Shown: positions 7,933 to 15,938, numbered from the stretch's first letter. The stretch: DNA of 38,656 nt from an uncultured bacterium (GCA_965369435.1 CBDURI010000002.1:1-38656), one strand, 5' to 3'. The notes: generated from the sequence alone by a model not told the origin. A program made the numbers and translations.

Positions 7933-9331
7933 CGTCGTGGGCGGCGGGAAGCTTCACGGTGAAGATTGTGCCCTCGTCGCGCGCGCTGGTCACCTCGATC
8001 TTTCCGTCATGGCCGTCTACGAGCTGTTTGACGATCGAAAGCCCCAGACCGGCGCCACCGTGAGCTCGTGTAGTTCCTGAGTCGACCTGGTAGAAGGCGT
8101 CGAAAATCCTCGAGAGATTCTCTTCGGGAATGCCGATTCCGGCGTCGCGCACCGTCAGGACCACGGCCGGCCGGCTCGCAGCAAACAATGCGTCGCCCAG
8201 GCCAGCCGGGCCTCCGGCCTCGATCTCCCCGGGTTCCGCAGCGAGGACCACCGCTCCGCCTTCGTGACTGAACTTCAATGCGTTGTCGGCGAGGTTGAGC
8301 AAGATCTGCCGAAGTCGAACCGGGTCTCCCCAGATCTTCGGGGTGTCGTCCGCGACCTCGATGTCCAGCACGACGTTGCGCCGATTGGCATTCGGCACGA
8401 CCGTCGAACCCACATCGGAGAGTAGGGCGCGTGGGTCGACCGCCTCGCTGTGAAGCTCGAGGTTCTTGGCCTCGAGATGGCCGAGGTCGAGGAGGCTGCT
8501 GATCAAGCCCAGCAGCTGGTCTGCTTTCCCGCGTATGGTCTTTAGAAACTCCGCTTGTCCGTCGCTGAGTGCGCCGGCAGCCCCGCTTTCGAGCATCTCG
8601 GCGTAACCGATGATCGAGGTGAGCGGGGTTCGGAGCTCGTGGCTCACGGTGGCCAAGAACGTTGATTTGAGCTGGTCGAGTTGTTTCAGCTCGTCGTACG
8701 AGGTCTTCAGCGCCTCGTTCTTTTCGGCGAGCTCCCGGTAGTTTTCTCGGACACTCGCGACCTGCATCGTAGAGGCCAGCTGCGCGCGATGCCCGGAGAA
8801 GACGAGCAACTCGAGCACGCCCCGAAGATGGGCGGAGAGCTCCTCGGCGATGTCTTCTCGTACGCGCGGCATGCGATCGAAGTGTCCGCGAACGGTGGGC
8901 ACGTCGACTGCCTCGTCAATCGACGTGAGGGACGCCGGCGGCAACTGAGTTTCGGCAGGGACGTATGGACCCACGATGAGGCGGCCAATGGGGCGTCCCT
9001 GATAGGCGAGAGCTGAGATCCGGTAGACGGCGCCGGTGAAGCATGGATGCACGATGGTCTGGCCGTCGGGCTCCAAGTCCCGAACGACGCCCACCGTGTT
9101 CGCACATTGCCGTTCGCCATTGCTCAGCGTGTTGAGGTAGTTGCAAAGCGGTCGGTCGCGATGAACGTCCGCGAGAAGGTCTCCCTCGTGGGAGATCACG
9201 CGTACGGGCAGTCCAAACAGGGCAAAGAACGACTTGGAAACCGACGTCACCGAATCGCGGCTCAGCACGTCTTCGAGTCGAACGACGTCTCCCATCAAGA
9301 TGTCGGCGGCGTTGGTGTCGTCGTGCATCAT
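7925..9331 (-). CDS. Soluble sensor histidine kinase with an N-terminal PocR-like sensory domain
   Basis: It has the H-box FLATVSHELRTPLTSIIGYAEML, N-box LLNLADNALKFS, and G-boxes RDAGIGI and GGAGLGLSIVK. The N-terminal roughly 130 aa has a conserved Cys pattern (PLCNYL...RQCANT...HPCFTG...PIGRLIVGPY) that resembles PocR. I see no transmembrane segment. Confidence 0.85.
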   Translation of the reverse strand: MMHDDTNAADILMGDVVRLEDVLSRDSVTSVSKSFFALFGLPVRVISHEGDLLADVHRDRPLCNYLNTLSNGERQCANTVGVVRDLEPDGQTIVHPCFTGAVYRISALAYQGRPIGRLIVGPYVPAETQLPPASLTSIDEAVDVPTVRGHFDRMPRVREDIAEELSAHLRGVLELLVFSGHRAQLASTMQVASVRENYRELAEKNEALKTSYDELKQLDQLKSTFLATVSHELRTPLTSIIGYAEMLESGAAGALSDGQAEFLKTIRGKADQLLGLISSLLDLGHLEAKNLELHSEAVDPRALLSDVGSTVVPNANRRNVVLDIEVADDTPKIWGDPVRLRQILLNLADNALKFSHEGGAVVLAAEPGEIEAGGPAGLGDALFAASRPAVVLTVRDAGIGIPEENLSRIFDAFYQVDSGTTRAHGGAGLGLSIVKQLVDGHDGKIEVTSARDEGTIFTVKLPAAHDDA

Positions 9332-10002
9332 CGTTCCTGTCGCTCCGGACTGTGCTTCAGCTTCAATTCGATCTCGTTCATGAACCGGAGCGGGCTGATC
9401 CCAAACTTCTTCTCGAGTTGGTGCTCTTCCTCGAGTAGGTCCCAGGTCTCTCGAATCAACCCGCGAAGCGTCTGCATGACGCCATAGCCTCGCGTCGCAA
9501 CGGCTTTGTAGATCGATTCGCGGCTTTGGCTCGCGATCGCTTCCAGTTCTTCGTCGCTGCGGACATCTTCCATGTCGCGTTTGTTGAACTGAATGATGAT
9601 CGGGACACGCTGCGGGTCGATCCCGTTCTCCTCGAGATTCTGTTTGAGGTTGAGGAAGGATTCACGGTTGGCATCCGCCTCGCCGCGTTGGGAATCTGCG
9701 ATGAACGCGACACCATCCGTCCCTTGCAGAACCAGTCGTCGCGTCGCGTTGTGCATCACTTGCCCGGGAACCGTGAACAGCTTCAGTCGAATCTTGAGAC
9801 CGGTCTGCGAGCTGACCGTGATCGGCAGCATGTCGAAGAACAGGGTGCGATCGTTTTGGGTCTCGAGGGTCATCAGCTCACCGCAGGCGTTCGATGTGCC
9901 AAGCCAGTGAATCGCCCGCAGATTGGTCGTCTTCCCGCTCAGTGCCGGCCCGTAGTAGACCAGCTTCACAGTCAGTTCTTTCGCCGCGAAATCTACCTGC
10001 AT
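9328..10002 (-). CDS. MglA-family Ras-like small GTPase with a C-terminal extension of about 30 aa
   Basis: It is collinear with M. xanthus MglA as I remember it: P-loop YYGPALSGKTTNL, switch-1 DRTLFFDMLP (intrinsic Arg retained), switch-2 FTVPGQV (catalytic Gln retained), VDG-type GTDGVAFIADSQ, and QFNKRD. The stop overlaps the kinase ATG (ATGATG/TGA). Confidence 0.88.
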   Translation of the reverse strand: MQVDFAAKELTVKLVYYGPALSGKTTNLRAIHWLGTSNACGELMTLETQNDRTLFFDMLPITVSSQTGLKIRLKLFTVPGQVMHNATRRLVLQGTDGVAFIADSQRGEADANRESFLNLKQNLEENGIDPQRVPIIIQFNKRDMEDVRSDEELEAIASQSRESIYKAVATRGYGVMQTLRGLIRETWDLLEEEHQLEKKFGISPLRFMNEIELKLKHSPERQER

Positions 10003-10030
10003 CCCCAGCCCGGATCCGCTCCGACGGGGC

Positions 10031-10375
10031 TTACCCTCGCATCAAGAGTAAGATCCCCGCCCCCATCAACACCAACATCATAAAGAACGCGGCCCATGTC
10101 AGCGTCCTTTTGTGCTCGGCGCGGGCCGGCTCGACCCGGGTGTCCTGCAGCTGCTGCGTCGCCAGGGCGATCAAGCCGTCGATCCGCGTGACCGCGTAGT
10201 CCCGGCGGGAGGGGTCAGCCTCGCGGACCTTTCGGTAGCGTTTTCCGGCCTCCGGGAGCCGATCGAGCGCCACGCACACCCCGACGAACCGGCGATGCGC
10301 CTGCTCGCTCCCCCACTCGGCCTCGACCCGAGCCCACGCTTCGTCGATCGGATCCACCGACAACGAGAATAGCAC
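10031..10375 (-). CDS. Hypothetical protein with a C-terminal transmembrane anchor
   Basis: This is the high-GC3 terminal part of the 448-aa track ORF: VDPIDEAWARVEAEWGSEQAHRRFVGVCVALDRLPEAGKRYRKV..., ending in a hydrophobic helix (WAAFFMMLVLMGAGILLLM). The start is uncertain. GTG at 10375 is chosen. GTG at 10453 would add an N-terminal hydrophobic stretch, but with poor GC3. Confidence 0.55.
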   Translation of the reverse strand: MLFSLSVDPIDEAWARVEAEWGSEQAHRRFVGVCVALDRLPEAGKRYRKVREADPSRRDYAVTRIDGLIALATQQLQDTRVEPARAEHKRTLTWAAFFMMLVLMGAGILLLMRG

Positions 10376-10433
10376 GCCCCCAACAGGCCAAAACAGACCG
10401 AACCACCCAAAAAAACAGCCAGAAACGCCATCC

Positions 10434-10501
10434 CCGTCCCTGGGAAGGTTCACGCCCGTCCCTGGGAACGGTGATGGGGAACGCTCGATCGGGCCCTGGG
10501 A
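10434..10501. repeat. Direct repeats containing CCCTGGGAA in the divergent intergenic region
   Basis: CCGTCCCTGGGAA occurs at 10434-10446 and again at 10456-10468 (22-bp period). There is also TGGGG at 10475 and CCCTGGGA at 10494-10501. An inverted copy, GTTCCCAG, lies near 10546-10553. Confidence 0.6.
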
Positions 10502-10633
10502 GGAAGGCTCGGGGGGGCTCGCGTGTTCCTGTGGATAGGGTGGGGAGTTCCCAGCCGCGATCCGCCCCCTGAGGGCCTTCTGCGCGATGGCGAAAAACCT
10601 TTTGAATTCTATCACTTGGCTTGCAGAAAGAAG

Positions 10634-10663
10634 TTGACATCGGACAAGCCCGGGCCTTAGTTT
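10634..10663 (+). promoter_or_regulatory. Candidate sigma70-type promoter of the dcw cluster (Pmra-like)
   Basis: A perfect -35 TTGACA at 10634-10639 is followed by an 18-nt spacer and a TAGTTT -10 (TAnnnT) at 10658-10663. The site is about 65 nt upstream of the mraZ start. Confidence 0.4.
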
Positions 10664-10672
10664 CCAGCCTTG

Positions 10673-10698
10673 GTGGGAACTTGTGGGATCAAGTGCCA
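10673..10698 (+). promoter_or_regulatory. Candidate MraZ operator: three direct repeats at a 10-bp period
   Basis: GTGGGA at 10673-10678, GTGGGA at 10683-10688 and degenerate GTGCCA at 10693-10698 sit just downstream of the candidate -10. E. coli MraZ is reported to bind three TGGGN repeats with 5-nt spacers. Confidence 0.45.
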
Positions 10699-10729
10699 AT
10701 CGGGCGCCAACTAGGACGAGAGGGTTAGA

Positions 10730-11182
10730 TTGTTCCGAGGTCGCTACGAGCACAGCATCGATGCCAAAGGCCGCACCTCGGTGCCGTCTCGCTTCCGTGA
10801 AGTGATGACGGCGCAGGGCGGTTCGAAGCTGGTGCTGACGACCGGGTTGGACACCTGTCTCGTCGCATACCCGATGGCCGAGTGGCTGGCGTTCGAGCAG
10901 CGCCTGGCGGAGCTTCCACAGTTCGATGCAGATGTGGTGACACTGAAGCGCATCTATGTTTCCGGCGCTGTCGAGTGTGAGGTGGACAAGGTCGGGCGGC
11001 TTCTGATTCCGGCGACGCTCCGCAAGCACGCGCGCCTCAAGCGAGACGCGCTGTGGGCTGGAATGGGAAGCTACATCGAGCTCTGGGCGAAGGAGCGCTT
11101 CGAGGACCTTCGCACGGACGTTCTCAGTGACGAGGAGCGCCGTTTGGGGATCGCCAGACGACTCGCGGAGCTCGGATTGTGA
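10730..11182 (+). CDS. mraZ: Transcriptional regulator MraZ
   Basis: It begins (TTG)FRGRYEHSIDAKGRTSVPSRFR and has a second SpoVT/AbrB-like repeat, VDKVGRLLIPATLR. Length is 150 aa. It is the first gene of the dcw cluster. GAGAGG lies upstream as a ribosome-binding site. Confidence 0.95.
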   Translation: MFRGRYEHSIDAKGRTSVPSRFREVMTAQGGSKLVLTTGLDTCLVAYPMAEWLAFEQRLAELPQFDADVVTLKRIYVSGAVECEVDKVGRLLIPATLRKHARLKRDALWAGMGSYIELWAKERFEDLRTDVLSDEERRLGIARRLAELGL

Positions 11183-12069
11183 GTGCGTTCGAGCACACCT
11201 CGGTTCTGCTCGAAGAGGTTCTCGAGCAGCTCGCGCCAGTAGGGGGCGGTATCTACGTGGACGTGACCCTCGGTGGAGGAGGGCACGCGCGAGCGATCCT
11301 GGAGCGAAGTGCACCCGACGGCCGCTTGATCGGAACGGACCGCGACCCAAACGCCCTCGAGGCTGCAGGCGCGGCACTTGCCGAGTTCGGCGCGCGCGCG
11401 ACGCTTCGCAAAGCGAGGATGAGTGACCTTCGCGACGTGCTGACTTCGCTCGGCATCGAGCACGTCGACGGCATCATTGCTGACCTCGGGGTCAGCTCGG
11501 CGCAGCTCGATCAGGAAGAGCGGGGTTTTTCCTTCGCAAAAGAAGGGCCGATCGACATGCGCATGGATCCGACCGAAGGGGAAAGCGCGCTCGATTTGAT
11601 TGGCCGCTGTGACGCCGAGGAGCTGGCCAACCTGATCTACAGATACGGCGAGGAGCATCGATCGCGGAAGATCGCGCGGTCGTTGCGGCGGGCATACGAG
11701 GAAGGCGATCTCGAAACCACGACCGACCTACGGCGCGCGGTGCATCGCGCAACCGGCGGCCGACGTGGGCGCATCGACCCGGCAACCAAGACCTTTCAAG
11801 GCCTTCGTATCGCGGTGAACGAGGAGCTGGCTGAGCTCGAAGCCTTGCTCGAGCAACTCCCAAGCGTGTTGCGAGTTGGGGGAGTCGTCGCAGTGATCAG
11901 TTTTCACTCCCTGGAAGACCGAATCGTGAAGCACACGTTCCGCGACAGCGAGCATCTCTCGCCCCTGACGAAACGCCCGATCATCGCCTCCGACGACGAG
12001 CGGGCAAACAACCGCAGGTCGCGCAGCGCCAAACTTCGCGCAGCCCGGCGCCTCGAGGTGGCCGCATGA
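11179..12069 (+). CDS. rsmH: 16S rRNA (cytosine1402-N4)-methyltransferase
   Basis: It has HTSVLLEEV, DVTLGGGGHA, DLGVSSAQLD and SFHSLEDRIVK motifs. There is a 4-nt overlap with mraZ. Confidence 0.96.
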   Translation: MSAFEHTSVLLEEVLEQLAPVGGGIYVDVTLGGGGHARAILERSAPDGRLIGTDRDPNALEAAGAALAEFGARATLRKARMSDLRDVLTSLGIEHVDGIIADLGVSSAQLDQEERGFSFAKEGPIDMRMDPTEGESALDLIGRCDAEELANLIYRYGEEHRSRKIARSLRRAYEEGDLETTTDLRRAVHRATGGRRGRIDPATKTFQGLRIAVNEELAELEALLEQLPSVLRVGGVVAVISFHSLEDRIVKHTFRDSEHLSPLTKRPIIASDDERANNRRSRSAKLRAARRLEVAA

Positions 12070-12371
12070 AGGGACGCTTTCTGCCTTTGTGGTGCGTCGC
12101 GGTCCTTGCCACAGCCGGCGCGTTCGTCGTTCACCTCTCCATTCGGTTCGAAACGGTTCGCCTCGGATACCAGGTGAGTGAGGAGCGTGGACGGCAACGC
12201 GAGCTCCTCCAGGATCGTCGGTTGCTCTCGATCGAAGCCGCCACGCTTCGGCAGAGCGGGCGCATCGAAACCATCGCGCGCGGGACTCTCGGCATGGAGA
12301 TGCCGAAGCCGACCCGCATCGTGACCATGAAGGAAAAGTCCCGTCGCGCGGCCGCGGGGAGGGTGCGGTGA
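12066..12371 (+). CDS. ftsL: Cell division protein FtsL
   Basis: It is a 101-aa protein with one N-terminal transmembrane helix followed by a coiled-coil-like region. It sits in the canonical position between rsmH and ftsI, with overlapping stop/start codons on both sides. Confidence 0.85.
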   Translation: MKGRFLPLWCVAVLATAGAFVVHLSIRFETVRLGYQVSEERGRQRELLQDRRLLSIEAATLRQSGRIETIARGTLGMEMPKPTRIVTMKEKSRRAAAGRVR

Positions 12372-14422
12372 AGAATCGGCGGCAGCGGTGGTTTCGGGCT
12401 CGAATCGCGTTGCTCGGCGTGTGTGTGACCTTCGTGGCGATGCTGGTCATCGTTCGCGCTTTTCACATCCAGATCTCGTCCGGCGATCGTCTGCGTGAAA
12501 TGGCTGAAGACCAACACCTTCGGCATCTGCGAGTCTCTCCGAGACGGGGTGCGATTTACGATCGGCACGGGGCGGAGCTCGCGGTCAGCGTGGACGTCGA
12601 CAGCGTCTACGCCAATCCCCGCCGGCTCAAAGCAATGGAGCAAGACCCCCGCACCGTTGCGAAACGCATCGCGAAGATTCTCGACGTCGACTCGGACCGG
12701 CTGGCGAAGAGACTTGCGGCCGACCGGTACTTCGTGTGGATCGAGCGTCGGGTTACCCCCCACGAAGCGACGCGCATCCGTGAGCTCGACATTCCGGGCG
12801 TCGAGTTGACGGCCGAGGCGAGACGCTACTACCCCAACCGCCACCTCGCGGCTCACCTCGTGGGTTTCGCGGACATCGACGGCCGAGGCATCGAGGGAAT
12901 CGAGCTGGCTTACGAGGAGCAGCTGCGAGGTTCGGATCGACGCGTTGAAGCGATTCGCGATCGACGCGGTCACGTGGTTTTCGCGGACGACATGGAAGAC
13001 GACCGGACGATCCAAGGCCAAAGCGTCGTCCTCACCATCGACAAGGCGATCCAGCATATCGCAGAGCGGGAGCTCGCGCTGGGGGTGCGCACGTTCGAGG
13101 CCCGCGGGGGAAGCGTCGTCGTGATGGATCCGTCGACCGGGGAGATCTTGGCACTGGCGAACTACCCACCTTTCAATCCCAACGAGCCGTCCAGACATAC
13201 CGCCGCTCACCGGCGTAACCGTGCTGTCGTCGACCGTTTCGAGCCCGGATCCACCGTCAAGCCCTTCACCATGGCAGCGGCGTTGGCGGCCGGCTCGGTC
13301 AAACCCAATCAGTCGATCAACTGTGAGAACGGGGTCACGCGCGTGGGCGGGCGTCTCCTTCACGACGCACACCCCTACGAATGGCTGACTCCCACTCAGA
13401 TCCTCGCGTACTCCAGTAACATCGGTATCGCGAAGATCGCGCAAGACCTCGGGAAGAAAGCTCTCTACCGCGGGTTTCGGCGTTTCGGCTTTGGCGAACC
13501 GGCCGGTTTGGGCGTGCCCGGCGAAACGGCCGGTATTCTTCGTCACTACCGTCGTTGGTACGAGATCGATACGGCTGCGGTGTCGTTCGGTCAGGGCATG
13601 AGCGTCACAAACGTCCAGCTTGCCTCGGCGATGAGCGCGATCGCCAACGGAGGCCGGTTGATGCAACCGATGCTGGTCCGACGGATGACCGATGGGCACG
13701 GCGCGACCGTCGAAGAGAACAAGCCGCGGGTTCGCCGGCAAGTGGTCCCGCGACGTGTGGCCAAGCTGGTGGGACAGATGCTGACGGCGGTAACGGAGCC
13801 GGGCGGTACCGCGATCGAAGCGGCGGTCGACGGCTACCTCGTCGCGGGCAAGACAGGGACCGCGCAGAAGGCGGACTACGTTCACGGTGGCTATGCCAAG
13901 GACAAGTGGTTGGCATCGTTCATCGGGTTCGCTCCCGCGGAGCGCCCCGCCGTCGTCATTTCGGTCGTCATCGATGAGCCGGTGATCGCGCACTACGGTG
14001 GGACGGTGGCAGGCCCCGTCTTCAGGCGTATCGCCGAGGTCACGCTGCGGCACATGGGGATTGCGCCGGCAGGCAGGCAGGCGGTTCTAGCGAAGAAGAA
14101 GGAACAGCGAATCGCGGTGGCCGAAGCAGAGCCCGCCCCAGAGAAGGAAGCGGTCGATAAGGGCGAGAGCGCCGTGCCAGACGTGCGTTCGCTTCCGTTG
14201 CGACAGGCGGTAATTGCTCTGCACGCCGAGTCGTTGGTCGGCCAGGTCCAAGGCTCGGGCGTCGTGGTCTCTCAAGAACCCGCTCCCGGCAAGGCCGTGC
14301 CTCACGGGTCGGTGGTTCAACTTCAGTTGGAGCGACGGCGCTTCGACGCGGATGCCGTGGCCCCGAGCGCGCGCCCGAGAACGCTGACGGCGGCGGTATC
14401 CCGGAGGCCGAATGCCCCCTGA
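12368..14422 (+). CDS. ftsI: Peptidoglycan D,D-transpeptidase FtsI (class B PBP) with a C-terminal PASTA-like domain
   Basis: It has an N-terminal transmembrane helix and a PBP dimerisation region. The transpeptidase motifs are STVKP (SxxK), YSSN (SxN) and KTGTA (KTG). The C-terminal roughly 55 aa (VPDVRSLPLRQAVIALHAESLVGQVQGSGVVVSQEPAPGKAVPHGSVVQLQL) looks like a PASTA domain. Confidence 0.95.
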   Translation: MKNRRQRWFRARIALLGVCVTFVAMLVIVRAFHIQISSGDRLREMAEDQHLRHLRVSPRRGAIYDRHGAELAVSVDVDSVYANPRRLKAMEQDPRTVAKRIAKILDVDSDRLAKRLAADRYFVWIERRVTPHEATRIRELDIPGVELTAEARRYYPNRHLAAHLVGFADIDGRGIEGIELAYEEQLRGSDRRVEAIRDRRGHVVFADDMEDDRTIQGQSVVLTIDKAIQHIAERELALGVRTFEARGGSVVVMDPSTGEILALANYPPFNPNEPSRHTAAHRRNRAVVDRFEPGSTVKPFTMAAALAAGSVKPNQSINCENGVTRVGGRLLHDAHPYEWLTPTQILAYSSNIGIAKIAQDLGKKALYRGFRRFGFGEPAGLGVPGETAGILRHYRRWYEIDTAAVSFGQGMSVTNVQLASAMSAIANGGRLMQPMLVRRMTDGHGATVEENKPRVRRQVVPRRVAKLVGQMLTAVTEPGGTAIEAAVDGYLVAGKTGTAQKADYVHGGYAKDKWLASFIGFAPAERPAVVISVVIDEPVIAHYGGTVAGPVFRRIAEVTLRHMGIAPAGRQAVLAKKKEQRIAVAEAEPAPEKEAVDKGESAVPDVRSLPLRQAVIALHAESLVGQVQGSGVVVSQEPAPGKAVPHGSVVQLQLERRRFDADAVAPSARPRTLTAAVSRRPNAP

Positions 14423-15938
14423 AGCGAGCCGAGGCATGACACTAGCGGAACTCCAGAGCAACGGCGTCGGGGGCCGGATCGCAGGTTCGGCGACGCAGGC
14501 CGTGGGAGGCGTCCAGCACGACTCTCGCCAGGTGAGCAGCGGAGACTTGTTCGTCGCCGTGCCGGGTGAAACGCACGATGGGGTGAGATTCGTGAGCGAC
14601 GCCTTGGAGCGAGGGGCCGCCGCCGTCATGGCGGAGCAGCTCTTGGCTCTCGGTATTCCACAGCTCACGGTGCCAGACGCGCGCACTGGTCTTGGCCGCG
14701 CTGCGGAGCTCGTCTATGGGCGACCGACCAGCGTGCTCCACACGGTTGGGATTACGGGCACCAACGGCAAGACGACGACCGCTTATCTCGTCAAGCAGGC
14801 CCTCGAGGGGGTATCGGCCACGCCCGCGCTGGTAGGGACGACGGGGCTCGTGGTCGCGGGCGCCGAACGCCCATCCCTTCATACGACCCCCGAGGGCGAC
14901 GATATATCGCGCTTCGCGCGGCAAGCGCTCGATGCGGGGGCCACGCATCTGGTGCTCGAGGTCTCGAGCCATGGCCTGGCGATGCATCGCGTCGACGCGC
15001 TCGATTTCGAGGTCGCGGCCTTTACGAATCTCTCCCGCGACCATCTGGACTTCCACGAAAGCATGGAGCTCTACGGCGAGGCCAAGGCGCGCCTCTTTAC
15101 CGAGCTCGCGCCCAAGCACGCCGTGATTCATGTCGACGATCCGTACGGCGCAGAGCTCGCGGCCCGACTGCCCGGTCCAGTCATCCGCTGCTCACGCCGG
15201 CAGGGAAGTGACGCCGAAGTCGTGGCCATCGAATGGTCCGCGACGCGGCATGGGATCCACGCCAGAGTCCAGACCCCAGCGGGCTCGGTTGAGCTCCGGA
15301 GCCCCATGCTCGGAGAACACAACCTCGAGAATCTCCTCGTCGCGCTCGGCTGTGCCTACGCACTCGGTTTGGAGCTGAACGTGGTTGCGAAGGCCTGGCA
15401 ATCTGCGGCGGGAAGCCCCGGCCGGCTCGAGCGGATTGCGCACCCCCATGATGTGGCCGTGCTCGTGGACTACGCGCACACGCCCGATGCCTTGCGAAGG
15501 GTCCTAGAGACGATGCGCGCCCTGACCCCCAACCGTTTGATCGTCGTGTTTGGTGCGGGCGGCGACCGCGACAAGGGAAAGCGGCCCGAGATGGGGCGGG
15601 TCGGTGTTCAACGCGCGGACCTCTGCGTCTTGACGAGCGACAATCCGCGAACCGAGGACCCTCAACGTATCATCGACGAAGTCGAAGCGGGCGCCAAGCA
15701 GGTTGGCGGCGCGCGTATCGAGCCAGGCGCGCTTGCGGACGCGAGCGCCGGCTACTGCGCGCTGATCGATCGCAGGGAGGCGATCGAAGCTGCCATTGGA
15801 GCGGCCGCTCCCGGCGATACCGTGCTCCTGGCGGGCAAGGGTCACGAAATCTACCAAATCGTCGGGACCGAGCGAACGCACTTCGACGATCGGGAAGAAG
15901 CTCGAGCGGCGATTGCAAGCGTGGCGGGCAGGGTGTGA
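14412..15938 (+). CDS. murE: UDP-MurNAc-L-Ala-D-Glu:meso-diaminopimelate ligase
   Basis: It has GITGTNGKTTT and the Mur ligase middle and C-terminal domains. The DNPR motif (LTSDNPRTEDP) indicates meso-DAP specificity. GGAGG lies 4 nt upstream of ATG 14412. Confidence 0.95.
   Translation: MPPEASRGMTLAELQSNGVGGRIAGSATQAVGGVQHDSRQVSSGDLFVAVPGETHDGVRFVSDALERGAAAVMAEQLLALGIPQLTVPDARTGLGRAAELVYGRPTSVLHTVGITGTNGKTTTAYLVKQALEGVSATPALVGTTGLVVAGAERPSLHTTPEGDDISRFARQALDAGATHLVLEVSSHGLAMHRVDALDFEVAAFTNLSRDHLDFHESMELYGEAKARLFTELAPKHAVIHVDDPYGAELAARLPGPVIRCSRRQGSDAEVVAIEWSATRHGIHARVQTPAGSVELRSPMLGEHNLENLLVALGCAYALGLELNVVAKAWQSAAGSPGRLERIAHPHDVAVLVDYAHTPDALRRVLETMRALTPNRLIVVFGAGGDRDKGKRPEMGRVGVQRADLCVLTSDNPRTEDPQRIIDEVEAGAKQVGGARIEPGALADASAGYCALIDRREAIEAAIGAAAPGDTVLLAGKGHEIYQIVGTERTHFDDREEARAAIASVAGRV

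Noticed and set aside
10376-11377. Upstream two-thirds of the 448-aa minus-strand ORF (10031..11377)
   Set aside because: It runs antisense through mraZ and the start of rsmH and through the intergenic region. Its composition is Arg/Pro-rich, typical of out-of-frame high-GC sequence. Only the last roughly 114 codons look like a real protein.
12131-14053. 640-aa antisense ORF opposite ftsI. Similar cases are 16966..18609 (547 aa) opposite murF/mraY, 20926..21972 (348 aa) opposite murG, and 3525..4424 opposite the SDR gene.
   Set aside because: These are long stop-free antisense frames, which are expected at this GC content. The translations are Arg/Asp/His-rich with no motifs, while the sense strands carry unambiguous conserved genes.
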